Below are positions 39,451 to 49,448 of a stretch of DNA of 64,000 bases, piece after piece. This DNA is from Octopus sinensis (Eukaryota): NCBI RefSeq assembly GCF_006345805.1, contig NC_043001.1, positions 38,068,001 through 38,132,000 of the forward strand. Direction: 5' to 3'. A program made the translations under genes and the position numbers. How positions within the stretch are numbered: position 1 is the first letter of the stretch; every line of letters begins with the position of its first letter. The notes beneath the pieces were generated by a model, which saw nothing but the letters and a program-made list of their open reading frames with translations, searched no databases and was not told the origin of the DNA.

Positions 39451-39576
39451 AAAGGTTTGTAGGATGTCAGATGGATGGAACATTAAATGTAAAGGTTTGT
39501 AGGATGTCAGATGGATGGAACATTAAATGTAAAGGTTTGTAGGATGTCAGATGGATGAAACATTAAATGTAAAGGT
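39451..39576 (+). repeat. 40-bp tandem repeat, three copies plus a partial
   Basis: AAAGGTTTGTAGGATGTCAGATGGATGGAACATTAAATGT at 39451, 39491 and 39531, with one mismatch. Confidence 0.97.
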
Positions 39577-40384
39577 GGGACATTAAAAGTAAATTGTAAA
39601 CTCTACTTTAAAATATTGGGACGAATGTAAAATAGTGTAAAATTCTCTGGTTAGTATCTGCATATTGAAATCATAATTAGAATTCAGTGCAAGTATGTGT
39701 GTGTAAATGAATGGGTGGATGGGTAGGTCCCACTCACCTTATAAATATGGTAGATACTTTTTGTCTCCTCTGCAGTCATGGCTGAAATCTAAAATAGACT
39801 GTGATCGTTTGATATCCTAAATCTTTTGACAATCGTTCGGCTATTTTTGCCTGTAGTATATGGAAGGTGAGGTGTGGGATGAGTTGCACTGAACTGGAAA
39901 GAAAGGGTTAGGGTCATTAGCGTAACTAGAGTGTGTGCCGCCCGGCGGCGAAATTTCTTTTCCCACGAGACGACCCCTGTTATGGACTCATTTGCATACA
40001 GTCAATTAGAGCTTAACTATCAAACTAATTTATGAGCGCGATAAGATAAGGTCACTTGGGTAAAGAATAACCATGTTTCTTTTCTCTTTTAATAATGCTT
40101 GTTGTTCTTGTTCTTGTTTCAACCATGACTGCTTCTGCGTAGTTATTTGTGGTGTTTACTTTATAAAACAGCAAGGGTAAAGGGTTGCTAGCACATCACC
40201 CTCTACCCACATTTTTCCCATCCTCATCTTTACCATATGGGGCCCTAACAAAATCCGATAATAGTTATAAATGCAAATCTAACTAATTACTTGTCTCCTA
40301 AAATCAGACATAGCTTGGCGATCACAACACCGTTCTTCGTTTTGAGTTTACTTAGTAGACTGTGTTTGTTAACTTGACAAGGTC

Positions 40385-40547
40385 AAGGTGAGCTCTGATT
40401 GGCTGTATGCAAATGAGTTCATTGCTGGGGTCCGGAACTCTCGTGGAAGAAATATTTCGCTGTCCTGGATGCGAAAATTTTCCACGAGAGTTCCGGACCC
40501 CAGTGATTAACTCATTTGCATACAACCAATCAGAGCAGAGTCACCTT
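40385..40547. repeat. Inverted repeat with ~75-bp arms and a 10-nt loop, carrying octamer and CCAAT motifs in each arm
   Basis: ctgattggctgtatgcaaatgag...ggggtccggaactctcgtggaa / ttccacgagagttccggacccc...ctcatttgcatacaaccaatcag. Confidence 0.93.
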
Positions 40548-41268
40548 TATCTTTTCTTCCTTTCTAGGCAGCACCGTGCATTCCTTTCTCTTTCCCTCTC
40601 GACTAGCAGACAGCAACTTCGTCCTCTAACTACCGGTCGGGCAAACGAATAAATATATGTAGATAGTATTTCTTTTTCTTTTTCTTTTTTTTTTTTTTCA
40701 CCGGCTTCCTATGTTTTTGATGTCGGAGATTCCGAATGTGCAAAAACCCACGTTTTCAAAATATTTTATTCCACCCCACCCCCAAATTTTTAATTTTTAA
40801 CCTTTCTTCAAAATTTCCTTTTTCAATCTACGTGGGAAAATACGGAGATAAAAAATATGGGGAAAAAACATTTTCATTTCAACTTTTTATGAAAAACTCC
40901 AAAATTGATCAACACCCCCACCTCGCTACCTCATCCCGCTGTCTAAAAGTGAAAATGAACGGCTGTTTTGTCAGTTTCCGCATGCGTAGATTTATAGTGA
41001 AACAGCAAAAGGATCGCAGCATGTGAAGCCTTCATCACGAAACTCGATACGCTAAAAACAACAGCTAAATGTCTGGAGAATTTTTGTGTTTGTGTGTGGT
41101 GCGTGCGTGCAACAATTTCTACAGCATAGCCGAAAGAACAGAGAAAGAAGTACACAACGTACCTGTCGTTTACGTCGCTTCTTTTTTCCTCTTTAAAGGT
41201 AAACGTTTCTGATAAAAGCAATTACCTTACTGTCAATTCATTGGAGTTGTAGAGATCTAGCTTGACCC

Positions 41269-41745
41269 TGAGATCTGAAACCAAATCTACCCGCTTCATG
41301 CTTGTCAAAACAACCGGGAAAACCTCTCCACACACGATGATTGATGAGGAAACACAGACACTAGGATCTGTGCTGGTCAAGGAAAGGTCAGTCCTTTGCT
41401 TATGGTTGAACCTACGTTACTGACCATAGTCTATATAATAGAGAACAGTTCTATCCCATCCACATTTGTGTCAGTCAGACCAAGGAGAAACACACTCTTT
41501 TGCGTCATCCATTACCAAGAGCAGCACTTTACTCGGCCGCAAGAAAGACAACGCCACCTCTATCCTTTCTTCCTTTCTAGTCAGCACGGTGCATTCCTTA
41601 TTCTTTCACTCTCTACTGACTGACAACCTTTTTCTACACTATCAACTACTAACCAACGAGCCAACCTTGTTGTCAGTATCACTAGAATTACTACTATCTC
41701 TTTAACTACCTGTCGGACAAACGAATAAACATATATATTCTTTTA
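41269..41745 (+). mobile_element. Possible solo LTR
   Basis: Starts TGTAGAG and contains ctatataat. Ends with a module (ctttctagtcagcacggtgcattcc...caaacgaataaa) shared with 40550-40655. Confidence 0.35.
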
Positions 41746-41754
41746 CTCTTTTAC

Positions 41755-42112
41755 TTGTTTCAGTCATTTGACTGCGACCATGCAGGAGCACCGCCTTTAG
41801 TCGAGCAAATCGACCCCAGGACTTATTCTTTGTAAGCCTAGTACTTATTCTATCAGTCTCTTTTGCCGAACTGATGAGTTACGGGGACGTAAACACACCA
41901 GCATAGAGGGGACAAACAGAGAAACACAAACATACACACACACACACACACATTCGACGGGCTTCTTTCAGTTTCCGCCAACCATATCCACTTACAAGGC
42001 TTTGGTCGGAACGAGGTTATAGTAGAAGACATTTGCCCAAGGTGTCACACAGTGGGACTGAACCCGGAACCATGTGGTTGGTAAGCAAGCTACTTACCAC
42101 ACAGCCACTCCT
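41755..42112 (-). mobile_element. tRNA-derived SINE, family A, full length
   Basis: Reverse complement of the element at 47687-48062. Confidence 0.9.
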
Positions 42113-42267
42113 AATATTTCTTCCTTCTTGGTGTTGATTCTTCGATGTTTATTGGTACTTCGACGCGAAAACCTTGAAGCGTTACATCAACATGCTACAT
42201 CATATCGACCTGATATCACATCTTTCATCCTGCCCGCTACAGAGCAGTCCCAACAAAATACTACATT

Positions 42268-42414
42268 TACATTATTTATATTTGATATTTGTCCTCATCT
42301 TGTTTGTTGTTAACACAACGTTTCGGCTAATATATCCTCCAACCTTCATCTTGGGGAGATTTCGAACCTGGGTTCTCATTCCTAAGGTATTTTTCGATCT
42401 TCTTCTTCTTCTTC

Positions 42415-42457
<43 letters not shown>

Positions 42458-42980
42458 CATTATTATTATCATCATTATTATTCAGTAGTTTTATTTTTAT
42501 AGCGTGCTTTTACTTCACTACCGAGCGTAGCTCTGTGTGCCTTGGTTATGTGCTGTGATTTGTTGTGATGCTCTGATGGTTATTGTATGGAAAGTGTTCT
42601 GCGTAGGATGTGTGCAGTGCCTAGTAGTGTAATTTTCTGTATGTTATATGTGTTTGTAAGTTATTATTATTACTCGGGTCACTGCCTGGAATCGAACTCG
42701 GAATCATGGGGTTAGTAGCCTGCGCTCTTAACCACTACGCCATATGCCCACGGGCATTTGGCGTAGTGGTTAAGAGCGCGGGCAACTAACCCCAAGATTC
42801 CGAGTTCAAATCCAGGTAGTGACCTGAATAATAATAACATCGAAAAACACTTTAGGAACGAGAACCCAGATTCGAAATTTCCCCAAGACACCTATTGAAG
42901 GCTGGAGGGTATATCAGTCGAAACGTTGTGTTAACAACAAACAAGATGAGGACAAATATCCGTCAAATGTAAATAATGTA
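42268..42980. mobile_element. Head-to-head palindrome of a tRNA-headed element with a hammerhead-like 3' part
   Basis: Axis at 42750/42751. Each arm has a Pol III A box (TGGCGTAGTGG), a B box (GAGTTCRAWTCC), a (TAA)n linker, and a ...TGA-A-GGCTG-loop-CAGCC-GAAACGTTGTGTT module. Confidence 0.85.
42483..42660 (-). mobile_element. R4/Dong-type 3'-terminal fragment inserted in a TAA repeat
   Basis: Encodes LTNTYNIQKITLLGTAHILRRTLSIQ* plus a 3' UTR, with (TAA)n on both sides. Confidence 0.8.
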
Positions 42981-43189
42981 CATAATTCCTCATCTCTTAA
43001 ATATAAAACTGTAAAATACTACAAGTTTAGTCACTGGCTCAGCACCTATGTTCTTCATTCCAAAATAATAAAAAACTTTAACATAATAGGCGTAGGAGTA
43101 GCTGTGTATGTATTTGTGTTTGTCCCCCACCCCAACCACCATCGCTAGACAACCGATGTTGGTGTGTTTAAGTCTCCGTAACTTAGCTG

Positions 43190-43238
43190 CATACAGATAC
43201 ATACATACATACATACATACATACATACATACATACAT

Positions 43239-43273
<35 letters not shown>

Positions 43274-43417
43274 TAAGTTCTACACTTTTAAAACGTTGAG
43301 GGAAAAAAAGAGAGGTGCATGTGGGGAATACTTAGCTTTAAGGAGGGGTTTGGTAAATTGACAACAGTTCACATGCAGTTTCTTCTGTCCATCAAAAAGA
43401 AGATAGGCACACACGCA

Positions 43418-43456
<39 letters not shown>

Positions 43457-43700
43457 AAAGGTTATATAAACCGAATAAATTGTCGGGAATATTTGCGGTT
43501 TAGACGAAAAGGAATGAACGTAATAAATTAATATGTAGTGGTAAAGGGTTGGTAAGTTTACATCAGCTGTCGTTCAGATGGTCAATACACCACCACTCTA
43601 CACGCCACTTCTCTTCCCCCTCTCTGTTTGTCTCTCTCTTCTCCTCCTCCTCCTCCTCCTTCTCCTTCTTCTTCTTCTTCTTCTTCTTCTTCTTCTTCAC
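43190..43700. repeat. Microsatellite cluster: (CATA)n, (CA)n, (CTC)n(TTC)n
   Basis: Read directly at ~43195-43275, 43410-43455 and 43625-43698. Confidence 0.95.
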
Positions 43701-43893
43701 CATCAATCAAATCTTTTGTACCACTGGAGTTTCATAAATGGATTCATGTTTTCATATGCAATGATGTATTCAAAGTAATCACTACAGCAGTCTTATACTG
43801 GCTCTTATCGGATGTTGAAAGTAAAACCCAAGTTCATAGTTTTGGACGGTCAGAGCAAACACCAAACTATTAGCATATATCGGGTGAAGGGGT

Positions 43894-44775
43894 GGATCTT
43901 TTCCTTTTGAACGGCACTTTGTAACATTTTTAAACTTCGTCTACTGGTAGAATGTGTTTATAAAACATCATTTTTTCTTGGCTTTAATTGAGAAAATTCT
44001 ATAGGTTGTAAAATATTTCGTCTGAAAATTCGAGTATTTCGGCAATTTTAACCAATCGCTGGAATCCATTTAGACAAACAACATTCCGTGCTGTATGAAT
44101 ATGTCCCTCCTTTACGAAACAGATTGGGTTTATTTACATTTGTGAAGAAAAAAAGATAGCCTTCCCCAACCCCTAACCCTAACCCTAACCTTAAATCTAA
44201 AATAGATTGAAATACAATAGATCGATACTAGGGCCATAATTATGGATGACATTTTCATTTGACACCGCTAGAAAAAAATCTCATTTTCCGTAGCGGTGTC
44301 GTATGAAATTGTCACCCATAATTATGGCCCTAGTATCGATCTATTGCTTTTCAATCTATTTTAGATTTAGGGTTTGTTGGGGTTAGTTAGGGTTCATTTG
44401 TGAGACGTAACATCAATGAAGAGCACACATTCACACTGCGTGCGATTAGACTCGGGAAGTTTGAGAGTTAGGGTTAGGGGTGGGGGAAGGGTATCTTTTT
44501 TCTTCACAAATGTAAATAAACCCAATCTGTTTCTTAAAGGAGGGACATATTCATACAGCACGGAATGTTGTTTACCTAAATGGACTCCAGCGAGTGGTTA
44601 AAATTGCCGAAATACTCGAAATTTCAGACGAAATATCTTACAACCTATAGGATTTTCTCAATAAAGCCTAGAAAAAATGATGTTTTATAAACACATTCTA
44701 CCAGTATACGAAGTTTAAAAGTGTTTAGTTAACTAGAAATTGTGTTGAAAAGTGCCGTTCAAAAGGAAAAGATCC
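43894..44775. mobile_element. ~880-bp foldback of a non-autonomous element with TTAGGG repeats
   Basis: Termini GGATCTTTTCCTTTTGAACGGCAC and its exact reverse complement. Arms pair inward to gacaccgcta/tagcggtgtc around a 20-nt loop (44271-44290). (TAACCC)n at 44169-44190. Confidence 0.92.
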
Positions 44776-46149
44776 AAGGGTTTTTTTTATTGATTCATCT
44801 TCCGAGCAACATCTTACTTCTTTACCCATGACACCCGTACCTACATCTACACATCCTTCGCACATCATCTGACATACCATCTTTTAATGATACACCAGTT
44901 ATTACATATCCTCTTGCTCGTATTACCATGAGATTTAGAAAAGTTTATTGGCCAACCAAATATGTGCTTACATGCTATTTTTTTTACTGTTTTGTGTTTT
45001 CTAAAGACTTTCATTCCAAACTGTGTAGCATGATTTTTTCTTTCCATTTTTACGAACTTTCCTTTTGCTGTTTCTTACATCAGTGGGTTTTTGCAATTTT
45101 TTTGTGTGTTTATTTCCCCCCTTTATCTTCATTTTTGAACTTTTTTTTTTTTGCTTGTTACAATTATTGTGAATTTTGGCTACACTATTTGTATTTCGTG
45201 TTTTCTCTCCCGAGAATCTCACTAGTCCCATCACTAATTTCATAATTGCATGTTTTAAACTTAAGTAATTCCCCCCCCCCCCAAAAAAAAAGTATCCACG
45301 CGTAAGTTACTAATGATTGGTCATATGACGTTGAAATACTTGGTTGAGTTCAGCGTTTGATTGGTCTAGTTTTTTTGGGTTCTTTTTTGTTAGCAAACAG
45401 CATGATGTAATTCTGCCGAGGTTGACTTTGCCTGTCGATAAATTAAGTATAAGTTGCATACTGGAGTCGATCTGATCGACTGGCCCCCTCCCCAAAAGCT
45501 TCAGGCCTTGTACCAAGAGTAGAAAAGAATAAATAGCATGCTGTTTTTCATTTCAATTCTGAGTGAAGAGTTTGTTTTCAGGAAGTTATGTAACATTAGT
45601 TTTGTTTCTGTTGAAGCACATGTAACCGAATTGAACTGAGTTGAAAAGCCAACTATGCATGATTTTCTGTTGACAGCATTCTTCGTGATGTATTGATATA
45701 GTTTGCTGTATAGTTTTATTTACCGGAAAAATAAAGTGTCGCTGTTAATTGAAAGCTCGTTTCTTGTATTATTTCCACCGTTTTACATGCAACTCATGGG
45801 AAGCAAGAATTTGTACTAAGTGTGCCAGAGAGTCACTTCTAGCTAAAATATGAAAGGAAATGAATTTCATGGATATGGTCTTCCTCAAACCAATTGTTCT
45901 GAAAATAACTTTTTACAACAAAAAATACGTTGGCAAAAACGAACTCAAACTGTTGCATGCAAATTGTTGCTATACTCAAAAGGTTTTTTTTATTATTATT
46001 ATTATTGTCGTCAGCATGATGTAATTCTGCCGAGGTCGACTTTGCCTGTCGATAAATTAAGTCGTCGTCGTCGTCGTCATTATTATTATTGGCAAAACAT
46101 TTGTTACTAACCTGTTACGTACCCAAGTTCGACGACAAGAAAAAAATTG

Positions 46150-47320
46150 CTTTGATTTCTGCTTTGATACTTCCGAGGACGGACAGCTCACTCTACTTTC
46201 AGATTGCCCTTAAATTTATCTAACAACGATATACTAATTTGTAATACCACTGCAGTATCAGGAGACTTCCACCAGAATTTGCCTGTAATACTAAAGAGCA
46301 CTAAATTGGATGAGTTAATGGTTTGCTTGAAATCATCATATTTGTGGAGACATATAACGAGAATGAGCCTAACTAAGAATATATGAATCACATTTTTTCG
46401 GGATGATTTGTCTGAAAAATTTGTTCAAAATTTATTGAAACTCGGAGAAGGTAGGGTAACTCTTGATAGAAATAGTTGTCTAGATACATCTCTAATTAGC
46501 ACATCAGTTTCATTAATCGATGAACTAATAGCAAAAGTATTTCCAAATTTTCAGGACCACCTAACAAAATCATATTTACATAAAAGGGGCAATACTTGCA
46601 GCACGAACAAAAAAAAACCCACTGTCAGCACAATATACTATCAGGCTGCAATTCAGGAATTACAAAGGTTTATAAATCTGTAGATTCAATTCCAGATCCT
46701 GCAGAGGTTGTCAACTATCCGGTTGAATTCTTAAATTCTTTGGAACCTCTTGGGCTCCCACCACACTACTTCTGTTAAAAGGTGGAGCCACCATAATGCT
46801 ACTACGGAACCTTGACCAGCCTCGGCTTTGAAATGGCACTAGACTGGTGGTAGAAAAAAAAAATTTATGCTCCACATTATTCAGGCCTCTATTTTAACTG
46901 GTTGTTCCACGTGAAATGATTTTATACTCATAATACCATCTGACACAAAAATATCTTTTGTATTCAAAAGCCTGAAGTTTTCTGTAAAACTCAGTTTTAC
47001 CATGTCTATAAATAAATCACAAGGACAAACGTTTTATGTTGCTGAGCTACAACTTGTAGAACATTGTTTTTCACACGGGCAAAAGTATGTTGCATATACA
47101 AGAGTTGGAAGTCCACGCCATCTTTTTATTTATACTCCTGCAGGAAAAAGACATAACATTGTTTATAAGGAAGTTCTAGATTTACAGTAAATAGTAAATA
47201 GGAGTAAAAAGTAACACAATTAAGAGGTGAATTGGTGCTGAAAAATGAGAATCCTACAAATGAAATATTACATATATATCGTATGGTAAAATAGTGTTTA
47301 TAGGTTGGCAAAACAATTAC
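46150..47320 (+). mobile_element. Helitron RepHel helicase (PIF1-like) C-terminal remnant
   Basis: GDFHQNLPVI...CLKSSYLWRH; LLKLGEG; [17 protein letters not shown]; LLRNLDQPRL*NGTRLVV; MSINKSQGQT...CFSHGQKYVAYTRV...NIVYKEVL. The 3' hairpin/CTRR end was not seen. Confidence 0.9.
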
Positions 47321-47333
47321 GCACACACATACA

Positions 47334-47584
47334 GTTGTGTCTGCGGAGAGTCATTTTCTTTTTGTGCCTTATAATGTAACACACTTACCGTTAAAATTTC
47401 CACTTATTTCTTATTTTTATTTTTCTAAAATTTTCGTTGCATCTTGCAACCTTTTTAATAGTCAAAGGTTGCAAGACGCAACGAAAATTTTATAAAAATA
47501 AAAATAAGAAATAAGTGGAAATTTTACCGGTGAGTGTGTTACATTATAAGGCACAAAAAGAAAATGACTCTCCCCAGACACAAC
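47334..47584. repeat. 251-bp near-perfect palindrome (MITE-like)
   Basis: ~120-bp arms with about 5 mismatches and a 9-nt loop at 47455-47463. Confidence 0.95.
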
Positions 47585-47686
47585 AGGATATGCTTCAACA
47601 CACGAGCTCATATAAAGAATCTTGCAAACCAAATCCCAAAACGAAATATATATATAACACTTTGACGCATAAATTAATATATATAG

Positions 47687-48062
47687 GCGCAGGAGTGGCT
47701 GTATGTAAGTAGCTTGCTAACTAACCACATGGTTCCGGGTTCAGTCCTACTGCGTGGCACCTTGGGCGATTGTCTTCTACTATAGCCTCGGGCCGACCAA
47801 AGCCTTGTGAGTGGATTTGGTAGATGGAAAGAGAAAGAAGCCCGTCGTATATATATATATATGTGTGTGTGTGTCTGTGTCTGTGTTTGTCCCCCACCAT
47901 CGCTTGACAACCGACGCTGGTGTGTTTACGTCCCCGTAACTTAGCGGTTTGGCAAATAGACCGATAGAATAAGTACTAGGCTTACAAATGATAAGTCCTG
48001 GGGTCGATTTGCTCGACTACAAGGCGGTGCTCCAACATGGCCGCAGTCAAATGACTGAAACA
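47687..48062 (+). mobile_element. tRNA-derived SINE, family A, full length, CpG-retaining
   Basis: ggcgcaggagtggctgtatgtaagtagcttgc...ggttccgggttcagtcc...catggccgcagtcaaatgactgaaac. Confidence 0.92.
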
Positions 48063-48111
48063 ATTATAAGAATAAAAGAATACGAAGTAAAATAATATAT
48101 ATATATATATA

Positions 48112-48902
48112 CGAGGTCTGATCAATAAGTATCCGGACTGTTGCCAAAGTAACGAAGTTAAAAAACATGCAGAGTGAAACTGTTTGACACAGATTGAACT
48201 TGAACTCTGCTCTGCATGCTCACAACGCTTTAACGTTCTAGCTCACTTTCGCTGTTTACAGCGGTGTTTGGAAGGAACGTGTGTAGCGTGTGATCGACGC
48301 GCTGACCATGACAGAGAAAGCAGAGAATTTGCATCAAATTTTGTCAAAAGCTTGGCGATAACTGCTCAGATGCCTACTCAGAGTTTTCAAGAAGTTTTCA
48401 TCGTTCTCGACACAATCAAGGAGATCTAGTGCAACTGAAACCCGAGTGCCCATTTGGCCACTTGGCAGACACGCGTCTCATACCTAAATCTTCTGTGATA
48501 ATGGACTGAACTGAACCGTAACCTCTAATAACTCACGGATGGTGATTCGACGATTTCCCCTCTCATCTGCACGCACATCTACGATGCCTTTCTCAGTTCT
48601 GCTGGTTGCGGGCCTTCCAGAACGTTCGTCAATATCAACATTTTTTCGGCCATCTTGGAAACGTCTGAACCACTCGTACACGGCTCATACATTCCTCTCT
48701 ATACACTTTCTGCAACTTTGTGTAGGCTTCTGAGCAGGTATCGCCATGACAACTTTGTCTGTCATGGCCAATGCGATAATAACAGGCGACACACGTTCCT
48801 TCCAAGCACTGCTGTAAACAGCAGAAGTAAGCTAGAATGTTAAAACTTAGTGCGCATGCAGAGCAGAGTTCAAGGTTAATCTTTGCCAAGCAGCTTCACT
48901 CT
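48112..48902. mobile_element. Mariner-derived element made of two converging 5' halves
   Basis: TA|CGAGGTCTGATCAATAAGTATCCGGACT left end. 48171-48420 is inversely repeated at ~48660-48902. HTH remnant YEWFRRFQDGRKNVDIDERSGRPATS. Confidence 0.85.
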
Positions 48903-49448
48903 ACGTGCTCTATGACTTGCTCCAGTATTCAGTTGCTGTAATTAAATGTGAGAACGACATATTTAATCAGCGCTTCCCAGATACCTCTTATCTTTCTTAC
49001 TAACCGGAACCATTTCAGTTGATACTCATCCTTCAATCTTAATATTGTCCCTCGCTGCCAATACTTTACATTGATTACGCTCCTGATTGCCCAAATTACT
49101 TACCTTCACCACCACATGCTTTTCGCCCACACTCTTGCAACAAAACGTCACCTCTCTTTCTCGTCCTTCTGTTCTTCATTCCACTGTCTTACTTTTCCCT
49201 ACTTATGCTCTCATCAGTTCATTATATTCGCCCTCTCTAATCAGCTATTACTCTCCAACACTCTTGCAACTTCCCACCTGCACTCCCTGTTCCAACTCAC
49301 ATGTTCACCAAGATACCTCACAAACAATCTTTTATTTTGCTCTAGCCTCACCCAATATTCTGAGTAGTCATGTAGCTCCTCTCCAGCAACCACCCCCACC
49401 CCGTTTTCTCTCATTTTAACACCTGGACAAGCATGAAGACATCTCCCT

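Noticed and set aside
39451-39576. CRISPR-like array (also considered for 50650-51050)
   Set aside because: Eukaryotic context and no cas genes. The first has no spacers; the second has long spacers and diverged repeats.
42757-42830. Bona fide tRNA genes in the palindrome
   Set aside because: A and B boxes are present, but no convincing acceptor stem or oligo-T terminator is seen and the sequence continues into a repeat body, so this is a SINE head.
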